From Catajapyx aquilonaris (taxonomy: Eukaryota): DNA of 58,532 nt. How positions within the stretch are numbered: position 1 is the first letter of the stretch; the number at the start of each line of letters is the position of its first letter. Under the pieces are notes generated by a model. It searched no databases and was not told the DNA's origin. It saw only the letters and a program-made list of their open reading frames with translations. The DNA lies in contig JYFJ02002352.1 of assembly GCA_000934665.2 (NCBI GenBank), positions 1 through 58,532 of the forward strand, written 5' to 3'. The position numbers and the translations under genes are program-made. This document shows positions 38,367-52,635 of the stretch, piece by piece.

Positions 38367-39526
38367 TACAGCTGAATTATTATGGGTTTTATGTCACAGA
38401 GTGTGGGATTTAAGAAGTAACTCTAGAGTAAGCTTAAAATTTATTGTTAATCTGTGGAAGATTATAATTATCTGCTATTGAACTGAGGTCATGAGTTCGA
38501 TGCTCAGATCTGACCTTCTGACGGAGGAATTTCTCATGTGGAAAGAGTAGCGATGGATTATGTCTGTCTGTGTGCATTTTATTTCCTCCAACAGTCAAAT
38601 CCAACAGCATCATATGAATTGAATCAAGACTGGTCATTAAAAGGGTATACCCTAAGAGGCCACAGGCCTATCATGGGGTCACCTATTATTATTAATGTCA
38701 TTAATAATTATCCTCCATCTGCCTTTGTTTTGAGGAAATTTGTGAGGCTTTACTACTCATAAATTCCAGTGCCTTTAAACCTAAGTCTGTTTTAGTAACA
38801 GTGCCTTTATTGGCTTGTGAAAGTGGTATTTAAAGAGCAAAGGGACTTGTCCAATTTTGTGCTCCTTTATGCACAAATGTTAATTATTGTTATTAATGAG
38901 GCAGCTTATTACTGGTGATAAATTTAGTGAGATTAGTTCATCATCCAAAAAGCGTACTTAACACTGATTAAGTGAATTGGAAAGTCAGATCAGACCTCAA
39001 ATGCTGACATGGGAAAGGAGCTGCCATGATAATGCTGTCTCCGAGTTAAGGCGATAGGTTTTGTAGTGAGATGGCAGTCCTGCATTTTTACCTAAAGTAC
39101 TGCAGCAAGCAAGAAATTTGGGTGACTGGTTGCATGTGTGATGTGGTTTTGCTGAAGTTGGGCCAATAGGCATTTTGGAAGTGACATTTTGCAATAGTGA
39201 CATGCAGCATTCCAGTGAACTTTTGATCTTTTTGTGACCAGTTGATGAGTTTTTGATCGATGCAGTACCTTCTCTGGCATTCCATTTACAGTTCAATGTT
39301 TAGCCAACCATTGAATCTCATTTCTGGCATTGTGAATGTACAAATTTTCACTGATGAAATCAGTTGAGATGAATTTTATTTCAAGAGCCATTTTTAATAA
39401 ATAGGCTTTTTGATGTACAGTTTTATGAAAATATACAAATCATGCCCAAAATGAGTACAGTACAAGGTATTAATAACAGCATGCTATTTGGCAGTGACCT
39501 TTTTTGACAAGTTTTTCAGCAAATTG

Positions 39527-41303
39527 TTAGCAGCTGTCTTTGGGAAAGAGTGAGTCGTATGATGGCGGGCAGTCTGCGTTGGTGTTCTCTGGTGGCGACA
39601 GAGGTGGTGTTGCAATTGAGGTGACATCTGGTGATAGTTGCCTCTCCCTTCTCCTTGATGCGTGAATGCATATTGCTCGGAAGAGAAGAACTGATGCGGT
39701 GAATATTCCAAAGCATACAACAGTTAGTGTGTATGGACTAATGATGTAAGGATCTGGAGAAAATAATTAATTGTTTGTATTTAGGTCTGCATAAAACTAC
39801 AATGAGTGCATACCATTTGTGGTGGGATGTATCTCTGAGGTGGAAGTAGAATGTGTTGAGTCTTTTTTAGTAGGTACCAGTTTCTTTTTTGTACACCAAC
39901 TCTCATCTGTTCTGGTTCCAGCTCCACAGTTGATCATACCATCACAAAAGTGCTTCCTTGATATACAGATTCCACCCAAACCAGGACATGCTTCCCAATA
40001 GTTGCTCAGGGTGCTCCATGAACCACATTCTAGTAAAGTTGCAAATGGTACCACAATTTGCCAGAAATTACACATTTTCTTCGTAATGCAGATATACAGT
40101 ACATTGTACACAGTGCATACCTATGAAGGGTGTGAAGAGAAGTGTCAGGTATATCTGTTGCAGTCCCATCCTCCCTTCAGTATGAATCTCCACGTCCATC
40201 TTGCCTGATGGATCAAAAATAGCATTAGATGTGTTCTGACTGAATGCTTCTTTTCGGTTGATGGTTAGGGGAAAATTAGATCCCCTGTATCCACAGAGGG
40301 ATGGGGCTTCAGGGCCTACATGCCACGCCTCCCCTGAATCAAACTGAGAAACAAGACGCATAATGAGTATTAATATTCAGTAGCAAATCGCAATGGGGTT
40401 CCCACCTTGACGTAATCTATGCACTGCCCAGCCGTTGGGTCCAGCCGTAGTGTCATGTTATGTATGACAGCAAAGACCCCAAGCCCCCGGGGTGCAACTA
40501 TTCTGAATCTACAGGAGAGGTCATAAGGCTCAGTCTGATTGGTCGACTCCCTCATGACCACAATTTGTCCCTCACCACTCTCATTCAGGTAAATGTATCG
40601 CTTGCTTCGCTCCATGCACACTTTAGTGTGAGGGTGGACATTATCTGGAAAATAAAGTGGGGAGTTAATAGTTGATCTTCTATTGGGCATTTGGTGCTAC
40701 AACACTCTATTAGCTTTTTAAATATAACATTGAGTTGACAGATGTTATCGGTTATAATCAAATCACATGGTACTTAAATCAATAAAATAATATTGTTACA
40801 ATTATTGTCATGATGGAATTTCTACACATATGAAAGAACTGGACATGACATGGAGAGTAATTCTGTGCAAACATATTTTAGTTCAGTGACAGGGCAGTTT
40901 GCTACCAGTGACCTACTTTCACATCCAGGAGCCACATTGCCATTTACACATACACATCTGTTCATATTCAGATTTGGTGCAACACAGTATCCAGTTAAAA
41001 ACACACTGGCTTTGTGAGGAACATGGAGAACAAATTAATTCCATGCGAGTGTGTCACACATGCCCCCTCTAAAACACTGACGTTTCAATTTGGTCAATTT
41101 GTGAGTGAAACTCCCCAATATTTCCCAATTTTAGCAACTATAACCAATATTCCACCTGCGAAAAAACACTTCGACCTTGGATACATACAAGCTCCTTCTG
41201 AGGTCGAGATTTTGGCACAAACTATCCTGAAGACAATAATCAGCAAATAATAGCTGGCAAGTTCCGTGCACCAATGTTGTCTGGTGGGGCATCGTCTATG
41301 CAT
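39527..41303 (-). CDS. CUB-like/LDLa/TM/PPxY family copy 5 (inverted), ~339 aa; exons 41303-41189 (tentative), 40644-40406, 40343-40121, 40029-39814, 39753-39527
   Basis: CRFRIVAPRGLGVFAVIHNM...CIDYVK|F...LCG; FCDGMINCG...TDESWC; last exon (not in ORF track) reads DPYIISPYTLTVVCFGIFTASVLLF...CPPSYDSLFPKDSC*; intron phases 1,0,1,1. Confidence 0.82.
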
Positions 41304-42529
41304 GTTTCCTGCTCCTCCAGCGGGTACAACGAGCCCATAAAAAAGTGAATGTCCCAATCTACATGGCGGCCAGCAGGGACACACACGAAAATCTCAGCAT
41401 GTCTCATGTGTATGGTGGATATGTGACGGCACACATAATTCCTCTCTGCGACGTCATTGCGTTTATTAAGTGACGTGGTTGACGTTGCCATATTTTTTGT
41501 TGCTGGCTGGATATGTATGTCGCTTTAATTCACCGCATATATTATAGCAGGACTTACTGCGACGAAATGACGCACTCGATCCCTAAGCTGAATTACATAA
41601 ACGGAAAATGACATATAACTATTGAAAAATATATGGTAACTTTTTAAGCATTTTCAAGGGTCCTATAGGTGCTTCGATTGTGTTTAAAAACTGCGGCTCC
41701 GTGATTGTCACATAATACCAGATGATCATAATTCTGCGAAAAATGTACACGGACTCGTTTGACCTTCGCGGATACGCGACTGCAATACCAGAGGCAAGCA
41801 ATACCCGGAACGACAGAATATAAATTTCCAGGGTCAGGAAACGTCATTATTATAGGCGTATAGTCTTGGAAATCTCATACCTATTAATATGCCAGGTATA
41901 CCCCACAAAGTGCTGATTGTATTATAGGACACGAATGGATCTAAATTATTCCGGGAAGTTCAAGCGATGCAATAATATATATCCGCGAATAAACATTCGG
42001 GACGAATTTTACGAGCTGATAACGGCAAGTATACACCCTGAGGAGAAGCATATCGTTTTTAAGGCTCCTAATATAGTCTAACAATAGCTCATCTTGCTAA
42101 TGAACACGGCTATTAAAATTGTTATAATATCGCCCTTTTCTATTTCAATAGTGGGATATGCGGTAATAATGCACATAAATGATCAGTCTCTTGCATAATT
42201 AGAGGATGATTCTCCCACACTTCCAAACACGTAGTGTTGTACGTATTCACTCTGAGTGTTAATGATGTGCCAAAGTGCGTTAAAAACCCTGTACAGCTGT
42301 ACTTTCAGCATGAAAATTCTCAATAATTCAATATCCAGCAGGTGCAGAAACGTATCATACCTGGCCGTGTTTCAACAATAGCATTACGATACTGTATCAA
42401 ACGAAACGTTAAAAGGAGATCGAATAATGCTCCATTCATCTTCCACAATCTGCCAGAGAGATATTCAGGTGCGCAACAGGTGCTTTTTCGAGTTGGGGAA
42501 TTACCCTCCTCCATGTCCCTTGCAGCCTT

Positions 42530-42775
42530 GGTGGCGCCTCCATCTATTTCCAAGTCTGCCAGTGGGGGACGGGGGGAAAGAAGGGCGCGGTGTGGTAGCT
42601 CAGAAGAGGTTGGGTGGACCGCCGGACCAGAAGTCGAGCTTTTTCCTCTGCCTCGTCTGTCGGTGGTGTGTAGTTGTGGTCGCCTTGGCTACGGGTGGAA
42701 AGGAACAGGAACAACACAACCAGTGTCCACCACACACGTTCTGGTCCGTCCAAGCCCCCGACAGAGTATTCCAAG
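42530..42775 (+). other. Possible non-coding first exon of the SLC10 gene
   Basis: GC/CpG-rich patch ending at donor AAG|GTGAGC; the SLC10 ATG exon opens with an acceptor (ttcccag|, 47367) so an upstream exon is needed. Confidence 0.4.
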
Positions 42776-45700
42776 GTGAGCCAGGTAAGGTGGCCCCCTT
42801 TTTTCGACCTCTCCTTATTACGGAGACACGGATACACATTTTAATGGCACGTGCTTCCAAGGACCCACATCACACGCCCACAGACGAAAAGGGGCTGCTT
42901 GCATGACACTCTGACCTATAATGCACTACCTGGGCTATATGGGTACAGGTCATGCTCTACATGGAGATGGGTGTAATGCACCAGAATTATGAAATTATTA
43001 TTAATAGTGGTTTAAGAGGATGTTGCATAAGTTGACATATTACATCATGCTTGTGGAGCAATGGTCTTGACAAGCAGAGATTCTCGAGTGTCATGTTTGT
43101 AATGAGGGAGGCTTGAGATCTAGTGCAGGAAAAAGTGGTGTGGCGAGGGGTTGCTAATAGTCGCGATTTATGATGGCAAATCACGTCAGCCGTCATTTAC
43201 AGTGGCAGGGCAAATGATGCGTAATGATTTAAAAGGAATATTCGTAACGTGGAACTCTCAGGAAGTGGGCAGGAAATGTTACTTCCATACATGAAGTATG
43301 GTAGTGAAGCGATGGAAAAAATATGAGTTCATTATACAGTGAAACCCTTGATCCAGCGGAAACTTTGACATTAACAATGGAGTGATATACAGTTTCTCAT
43401 AGCAGAAGGTCATTCATTTTTTAAATTGACATTCAAGATATGTATCAGGACCGTGGTAGGGGCGTAACAGCCTAGTACATGCACATTATTAGTGATTCAG
43501 TTTGCCTATCCATTTTTAAGGAAAAGTTATGATGCATTGATTGATTGTCTACGCTAGTAAACTTTTTCTGCCCCAGCAGCATGATAGGACTACCCATGTA
43601 TTTTGTCTGATATAGCGAAACCTGTCTAATGTGGAAACTATGTTTCAGTCCCTCAGTAAGGAAAGCACCATATGCAGCAAAATTTGTACTGCAGTACTGC
43701 AAGCTTCTTAACATATTCGATGAGACAAGAACAAGACCTAAAATGGGTGTGAATGGCATTTGCATGAAAAATTCACATTATCTGGTGGAAATATGATGAC
43801 AATATTATTGCCATTAATTCAGAGTTTAAAAATGTAAAGACATAGGACCACCAATTCGTACACTTGTAATGAGCCTTAAAGAATTTTTTATTCTAGTTTT
43901 ATATTATCTGACATTTTGAAATTTGTCTATTACATAAAATTTTCATGGAATGGAGCAATTCCACTGTGCAGGTTTGTCAGCAATAGTGTGTACTTTTACG
44001 AACAATACTAGAAGATTCGCCCTTATCAGTTATATAAACCTGTGTACTCACATAATGTGGGCGATACAACTGATAGGATGAAGTGGTGATAATGATATCA
44101 CCTGCAACGAAAACGTAGGTGTTGCGATATATTTGCAATGTATGGATTCATTTCACGACATTACAGCACTAAAATATAAACTGAGAAGAAATGCAGCAAA
44201 TGCTTTTCCACCTATTTAGGCAATAGGCCTACTGAATAGTGTTAAAATTACTTGTATTCTTCAGGTCAATTGCAGACTGTTTTTAGTAGTTATCAAAATG
44301 GAATCTTCTTCGTAGATAGCCTGGGTACAAATGTCAATGAGATTTATAGTGTCTGTTTTTCTAAAAGACCCAGTGTTGACCATAGGAAATTGATGTGAGT
44401 GTTGTTATAAATGTTCAAAAGTAGGGTTAATTATATGAGAAATTAATTTTTTAAATATCAAGTTGGATATAGTCAGTCTAGACATGGTTTAGACCAAGTT
44501 ATTAAGGAAGTGTGGCTGTTACTATGGTAGAAAATCACAACCCCAATTTGGATTGGGTATATCGGTAATTTACTAAGATTTAGATAATTTACTAACGGTA
44601 ATTTACTAAAGACTTGGGCAACAAACAACCAAACTTTTTCAGTCTTGGACCAGTCAAGCAGCATTATCAAACTTGTCTGCTGGTTCAAACTTAGCATCAC
44701 TTGGCAGCAGCATCAGCAGCTGAAATGTATTCCTCAAAGACTGAACTGACTTTATAGAAACAAGCATGCTTTATTTTTGTGTCTCAGAGGATAATGTCAT
44801 AATTATGTGATCAGTGTGGAGCAAGACTTACTGTTAGTATACACAGTTCATTAATCTTGTGCAAAGCCAGACAATGTTAGGTTTCTTTTCTGACTTTCGC
44901 CTTGACCTTTGATGTATGACCAGTGTCATGTTGTATGGGGAAAACTTCCCCCCAATGAATAATCTTTTGTCAAACAGAAGAGACCTCCTATCCGCCTTCA
45001 ATCCAGGCAGGCTGATCTTTATACTGCCCAGCAATATCCTGGCAGCTCCACTTTTTTGCACCATATTCTTGTAATCCGTTGCAGAGGTAAAACTTTCTCT
45101 TTGAGTGGTGACCTCCATGTGCGTCCTTATGTGCAGGGGAAAAGAAGGGGCGCAGACAAGCATTTGTTAACCTTCAGTGGACCTTTACCATTAAAATAAA
45201 TCCCTATCAATGAAGAGGTTTCATCTCAAATTCAGCTGAGAATTGATTAGTGATGCTGCATTTCAAGGAAGGATTGATATCCTGATACGGAACTGAATAA
45301 TGTATTCAGTGAAATTGTGACCTACATTTTTCAATTCCTTTCGATTCTACTCTCACCTCCATGGTGCACCTAAGACCGGAATTATTCTTAGTCTACCTTG
45401 GTTCGAGGCTACAAATAGAAACCCCTTTTTTATGGGTATGGGTATTGTGGGAGGGGAAAAAAATGCCTTGGGATGTAAGTCAGGAAACCGTTGCACAATA
45501 TATTTTTTTTGCTGTGTGCTGACGTCTGAGTGTGCAAAAACAAAAGCTTAAGGGCAGTCACTTATTTCTCCTTCTAATTACTTAGTGAGAGTGAAATTTA
45601 CAGTTGTGAGATGACATTACAGATTTATTACAAAGGGAAAATAGTGACAATTTGCAGATCTTTTGAATTTTTGACTTTCATATTAGGTAGGTGACAGTGG

Positions 45701-47379
45701 TCAGTGAATGTTCATGTGGAGCTGCAAGAATGGGTTGTGAAAGTTTCTACTTGTCATAAAGGAATAAAATTTTAGCCACCTCTGCCTTTGTACTACTTGA
45801 GTTGCAGAGGTTATATTATATTGCCAGTGCTAGTCACCACACTGTGTAACGTGTGCTTTTTTAACTCATATATCAATATGGTACACTGCTAGAAAAAACC
45901 CCCTTGTACCCGGGCATCAGCATCAACGTGGGCATGGATGTGAGCATGTGCAAGTCCAGCTTGATTCACACGCATTTCCATCAGTGCCTGCTCACCCCAC
46001 CACTTGGAGCTGCTACTGGGGGCACAAGGCCATTGTTATCCAATTTAAAATTCTCTTGCATTTCTACACCTTATGTGCCTGTGGCCATTTGAAATACAAA
46101 AAATTGCAAATATTCTTGAATTTCAAATCCAGATTTTCTCCTCTCAGAAAACAAGTAACATTTAAAAACAGAGTTTTACTTTTTTGTCCAATATTAGTAC
46201 ATTACAAACAACTTCCAATATAAATTAGTATTGGGGTGCACCATGAAATAAATCCTGAGATGTAAATTTTTTGTCATAATACAGTACCTTCATGATGTAC
46301 AGAGGTTTTAATTTTGTTGCCATCTAGCACTAAATAGTTGCTTTCTGTAGTTCTGTGGAAGCATGTGGCCACTGCACGTGAACACTAATGTTGGGTTAAT
46401 ATGGAAAACAATAATGAATTAATAGGCATGTAACTACTAAAGAACAGAAAGTCAAGCTAATTAGGATAGGCTCTCAAGAGATCGGGTGCGACATAAATAG
46501 CTGATGACGTGCCACTAGAACAGCAATGGCTGGACTGCCATTAGAGTTACAGTCATATCTTCATTTCCATTATTACAAAGTGCTTATTGGCAATTCGGTT
46601 GTTGAAATGGACAATAATATTTTTAGTGTTGCAGCCTGTATGTCTTACATTAATCTTGTTTACACTTGACAAACTGCACTGCATGTAGGTAGGTATATCT
46701 CAGGAAGGTATTGGTATGTTCAGGTGGGCAAATGCATATTTTCCAGCCAATGCAAAGCAAAGGTAGGATTGCAGATGGGTCGCAGGGTACGGAATCATGG
46801 ATATGTGAGTGCACGGAGGAACGGGTGGGGGTGTATGCATATGATTGGCGGATAGGCATCATCATTGGCTATAAGTCCAAAGCGATAAAAAATATGGTAG
46901 GCACTGCAGGCCGTAGGTCTAGAAAAAAGTGAGTGAAGCGTGTGGTTTTCTACGCGTGCACCATAGAAAAATCCGGAAAAATCCAAGCGTAGCGAGGGTT
47001 TTTCTAGTAATGCTTTGAAATCCCTTGTTTTAGGACAAAAAAACCTAACTATTTCTGAATAAATATGTCGGTTTCTCTGAATCCCAGTTCTGTTATAGAC
47101 AGGTATCACAATATTACAGTTTGCCCTAGGTACCAACAAATAGGGTCAATATTTTACTGTTATTGATACAAGCTACCTGTATTTTCTCTCAGAGATCTTG
47201 GAGCTGGTAAATTATTATTATCTGCATAGGTTTGTGAAGCATCCATCAGGACATGGTGTTGAGGAATTTCTATATGAATAAGCAAGTCACCTTAAAGGAT
47301 GTTGTAGGGCATGACCAGCTGCCTGATATGTCATTTAATTAACACACAATCATTATTTCTTTCCCAGGTTTCAGCAAAG

Positions 47380-50300
47380 ATGTGTCCTCTGTGGCCTCTA
47401 CACATCCTCCTTCTCTACCTTCTGGCCCTGAGCCCTCTCTGGCTCTTCATGGCCAATGCTTCAACCATCTCCATTGCATCCCCAAGTGTCTGGAAGCTGA
47501 TTTTCGAACCCAATAATGTGACAGGACTGGTGCAGGGAACAAGCCAACAAGTGAATATATCTTCAGATAAATCTTATGTACTGGAAAAAGCTGGGCCAAA
47601 TGGGATAATTGAGTTTTGTGTAACAAACCCTGACATTGCGAGAGTGGAGCCATCCACTATACACCTGAACTCCACTGGATTCTACGAGGGCAGTGTCACT
47701 TGGACGGACATGTTCAACGTCACAGGCAACTTCCTGGGCCGCACAGAGGTGAAGGCTAGGCTGTACAATGCGACCGTACCGGTTGCAGAGAGTAGTGCGC
47801 TGAAAGTGAGCGTGGTGAGGCCGGTTCGGAGCATTGACCTGGCCTTTACCTACTCAGTGATAGCCCTAGTTTCAATCATCTTTATAAACATGGGCTGCGC
47901 ACTGGATTGGGAGGTGCTAAAACAAGTGCTGAGAAGGCCAGTGGGACCTATCTCAGGATTCATCTCGCAGTTCCTCTTCATGCCTCTGGTGAGTAGGGTA
48001 AAGTCAAATATTGCTGTCGAAGAGTTTCATTCTATGGAGAGGAACTCATGCTGGGATAATTGGTATAAAATTGGTATAATTGGTATACTTCTGCTGGAGA
48101 TTTCACTGAAGAAATTATAATGGTAACAGTTTTATTTGGACTTGACTGCTTAATTTTTCAGAGGCAAATGGGGCTAAAGAAAGGGTATGGAAACTGGTGC
48201 AAGTTAATACCCACCATACTCTCTCACCAGGTTTACCTCAGGGTTTGTGGGTCACTATGAATCACTTCACCAGATGGATGTTTGATATTGCTGAATCCAG
48301 AACTCATGTCCCTTTTACTTGGGTTATTAATTTGTTTTGTGGGTATTAAGATTATGATTGCTGTCCTTTGAAAAAAAGCAGCACATGTTGGAAGAACTTC
48401 CATGTTTTCATGCTGTAATTTCGTCTGGCAAGTTTCTCCAACCTTTTAATTTGACCATTAAAGCTAACTGGAGTTGTTCTGTGATACTGCCATCTGCTCT
48501 TGCCTTCACTTTCACAGTCAGTTAATTTTGTTCCAAATTAAGTCACACTAGCTTTAAGTATTGCATATGTCCTTGATGGCATCTGAACTAACGAGCCAAC
48601 ATAGTTTAAGAATTCTTTTAAGTTACATATGTAAAGGTGGAAAGTTCAAGTTTGGCAAAGGGGGTCCCTTCTTGTACGTTTCAGGTTTGAGTTGGCAGAG
48701 TAGGTAAGAGGAAAAATCTGAAGCATTGACTTCTTGACCATTAAGACAAGGGTGTAAATAGAGCAGGATTCACAATAGTGCCAGTTCTTACTCTGCCAAA
48801 GATTATTAGGCAAGTAACATGCAATTTTCTTGCTTCTAAAATATTAAAGGGCCCAATGGACTCTCAGGGAGTGCGCCACACAGCAAATGGTGTTGAACAT
48901 GCTGATATCAGAAACCCCTGTCCTTGGCATTAGCCCTCAAAGGAAAACCGCATGCTTCTTGATAAGATTGGTTTTTACGCTAGTCAGATATCCTTCCCTA
49001 ATGGAACACGGTAATCAGTTCGGAGTAATATTGACCAATTGCAGTTCAGTGTGCAGCATTGCAGATCACAGGCAAAAGGCCATGTACTCATTCCTTTTTA
49101 CCAAAGATCTGCCAGTCATTGTCAATCAATATTTCCTATTTTCGGCAAATTTTATGGAGAAAATAATTTAATGAGAAGCAGACCCATGGGAATGTCACTT
49201 CACAAATTGAATTTTGTGTTCATCATGCAAAATGACTATTGATCAGTCCGTCACATTATGATAATGGAACTTTTCTCCCATCGGATTTTATCCCCTTGAC
49301 ATTTCTTTCCCATGCCATTTTTTACTGCTGTCACTTGATTTCCCTTTCCCTCTTTGTTAGGAGTTTGGGGTTTCTCCGACTTCTTCATGGTTGGGATTCT
49401 GATTGACTATCCAAGGGAATTATACTTAAAAACCAGTGTTGACACTGCACTTGAACTGGTCTGCCCTCTCCCATCACCAGCATGCCCACGGATTATGCAA
49501 AAGGTTCCAAGTGTAATACAGTGTTATGGCCTGTGCAATATATCCTACTTCTGTGAAAGCACTACAAGTATGTAAATAGCCATGCAGTATACCAGAATTC
49601 TAATGTGAATTGCCCTTATAATTTCCTTTGTGAAAACCGGAGTAGACAACTTTTATAATTATAAGCTATCGTGTTTTCTTTTTGCAGTCTCTTCCACTGT
49701 TTTCCAATGAATTGTTGATTTTTTATAGTACTTAAAGTTTCAAAGTAATTATATAGCGGCAAATATTTACAGGCCTCATTTGGCTTGGCCCTACTCCTCT
49801 TCCCTAACATGGCAGGGATCCAGCTGGGAATGTTTGTGACTGGCTGCAGTCCTGGAGGAGGAGCATCCAACATATGGACACTCATGCTAGGAGGCAACCT
49901 CAACCTCAGCCTCGCTTTGACCACAATCAGCACTATGTTGTGCTTCGGTATGATTAATTAGAGTTAACTCAGTGCCCAAAATTCATACTAAATTTCTTTT
50001 TTAGCAATGATACCTCTCTGGACGTTCACCCTGGGCCAGGTGATATTCACGGACAACGACATAGTTGTTCCATACTCCAAAATTGCCACATTTGCCTTTG
50101 GACTGGTGGTGCCCCTGGGATTGGGCTTGCTGGTGCAACGCTTCCTGCCAAGAGTCAGCAAGTGGATGGTTCGCATCCTGAAGCCATTCGCAGCATTCCT
50201 CATCCTCTTTATCATAGTTTTTGCTGTGTACACCAATCTGTACCTCTTCAAGCTCTTCTCATGGCAGGTAAGAGAGGGTGTTACAGAGATAGTCAGAGTG

Positions 50301-52635
50301 TATAGGACTCTGGGTAACGCTAGCAGTAGAACTGGTTGTCGACACTTGTCAGATGTTCAAATTCATTGTGATTTTCAAGTGTTGTCATAATGGGCCAGTT
50401 CTAAAGTAGGGCAAGAACAAATTGCAAGTATTGATGCATCAACCCTTCAAAGAAGGAAGGTAACAGTGTGACATTGCAAGGGCTGCGGACATTTTTCTGA
50501 TTAACAGTAATGGTGTCCACTTTTAAAAGGTTTGAATGAACCAACTGACAAATGGCAGGATTAGGATATTGCAAGTGTAATTCCATGTCACAAGAGGTGG
50601 TTCAACTCCCAGGGAAATTTTCACCGTTCTGTGACAATGAGTGACAAAAATATGTTGATTTCAAAGTGCTGCCTTGCGCACATTCACAAGCCCCCATGAA
50701 TTTTCTTACACAGTTGTAATTGTCACAGGCACATCTTCATATGGGTCAATACAGTAAAACCTCGATATAATGCTCCCACACATAACGCTTTCCCGCTTTT
50801 AACGCTCCCTTCTTCCGATCCCTTGATCATTTCCATGAGGTAAATTTTCCTGCATATAATGCTACTTTTGGGTGGTCCCTTGAAGAGCTTTATATTGAGG
50901 TTTTACTGTATTTGGTAAAGGTGCAATATGTTGTCCTAGTGCAGTAAATGGTGAAATACAGGGTGTTTCTCTAAGTAGTCCGCCCCAAAGAATCAACTAT
51001 ATTTTTCTTCCTACTTTACCTAGAAACATGATGTTTGGTTTAAAACTGACATTAGTTCATGGGAATGTAGGACCATTCACAATAAATGCTGGAATTGACC
51101 TTCAATGACCTCCATATGCACTCGAACACGACGGGACACAAATCTCCTTAAAATCGAAGGCCTTCCGCATCATATCAACATTAATAGTCAGGATTGCTGT
51201 ACCAAGTGTTTTGTACCAATACAGTGGTAGATGACCTCCTTTAGAGGAGGAAAAAATCGAAAAAGTGAAGCACAGGCTGCTGGAATGACCGAAAAAGTCA
51301 CCACGATTTTGTCACAAGAAACTGCGTATCCTGTTTCCACCTGTCAAGCCATGAATGGGGATATTAATTTGAAAAGTTTGCTTACAACAATGTTAGAAGA
51401 CCTGGAAAGCAACATCAGTGCAGAAATCTGGACCATTTATGAGGATATGCTGTGGAGGATCTTGGATAATACGCAGTGTCGAGTCAAGTCGTGTTTGAGT
51501 GCGTATGGAGGTCGTTTAAGGTCAATGCCAGCAATATTATTAAGAGTGGTACTACATTCCCATGGACTAAGGTAACTTTTAAGCCAAATATCACGTTTCT
51601 AGGTAGAGTGGTAAGAAGAATATCGTCGGCCGGCGATCAAAACCTTGTAACTCCATTTTGCGCGAAAATGGACTTACGTACCTCGGCGTAAGTTCCTTTG
51701 CACAACTTTGCAACGGTGTACATGAATTCAACATCATCCTCATGAAAGGTAAAGTTTACGTTATGCTATACTGTAGGAATAATTGTCAGCATGAACAGAA
51801 AACATGATTTTACAAAATGTTTTTTGTCCCTCCTGTAAAATTTGGTCTTGAGGAGTTACGAGGTTTTGATCGCCGGCCGACGATATAGTTGATTTTTTGA
51901 GGAGACTACCTAGTGAAACACCGTGTATATTAGGTTTTAAGTGCAGTATTACACTTATGCCCTGTCTCTGCTTTGAGCAGGAAATCAGGTGGAATTAAAC
52001 TTGCTAGTGAGAATTTTACTGTAATGCAGCATAAGCTCGCAGGAGATCCATTCATGTGAGGAAAATTGCTATTCTAAATTGGTATCCAAATGTATACCAA
52101 TAACGTTATGAAATGAATGATGATTGGAAATATTAATAAGTAATAATTTTGGATGAAATGTGAATTGAAATCAGCATGATACATGCCGTACTGACAAGTG
52201 AATTACCTCTGTTTTCAGATTGTTGTAGCAGGGATGGCTCTGCCATGGTTGGGCTACACCTTTGGAGGTCTGCTGTCGAGAGCATTTCGCCTTCAATGGG
52301 AAGACATTGTGGCAGTAGCCATAGAGACTGGTGTCCAGAACACAGGTCTTGCCATCTTTATGCTCAGGTTCACCCTTGGGCAGCCAGAAGCAGATCTGGC
52401 CACCGGTAAGTTCAGTTGTTCAAGGTGTATGATACGTTTGCAAGACAATACAGTGCTTGCAATTTATTTTCTAGTTGTTCCGGTGTCAGTGGCTATCATG
52501 ACACCAATACCCTTGATGATTCTCTGGGGTATCCAGAGGCTGGGAAGGTGGCAGCACAAAAAGAAAGAAGATGAACTTGGGTACACACTGGCTTTTGATG
52601 ATGGTGCGCCTACTCCCATGACATATGTGCAGTAA
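47380..52635 (+). CDS. SLC10 family sodium/bile acid symporter-like protein, ~464 aa; exons 47380-47988, 49773-49947, 50005-50267, 52219-52405, 52475-52635
   Basis: NMGCAL, QFLFMPL, GCSPGGGASN, GGNLNLSLALT, AVAIETGVQNTGLA motifs; signal peptide plus N-terminal ectodomain as in SLC10A3/A5-type proteins. Confidence 0.93.
50752..50908. mobile_element. pogo/Tc1-type MITE
   Basis: TA|CAGTAAAACCTCGATATAA...TTATATTGAGGTTTTACTG|TA. Confidence 0.85.
50959..51925 (+). mobile_element. Internally deleted Tc1/mariner-superfamily transposon
   Basis: TA|CAGGGTGTTTC...GAAACACCGTG|TA with long TIRs; residual transposase C-terminus LEDLESNISAEI...EDMLWRILDN...RVKSCLSAYGG. Confidence 0.8.
51623..51883. mobile_element. 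MITE nested in the right TIR of the Tc1-like element
   Basis: TIRs TCGTCGGCCGGCGATCAAAACCT.GTAACTCC and reverse complement, TA flanks. Confidence 0.85.

Noticed and set aside
44834..45163. 109-aa minus ORF
   Set aside because: No motif, paralog or convincing splice context
45884..47012. Possible CACTA-like ends (cactgctagaaaaaaccc / gggtttttctagtaatg)
   Set aside because: Short imperfect match with no clear TSD
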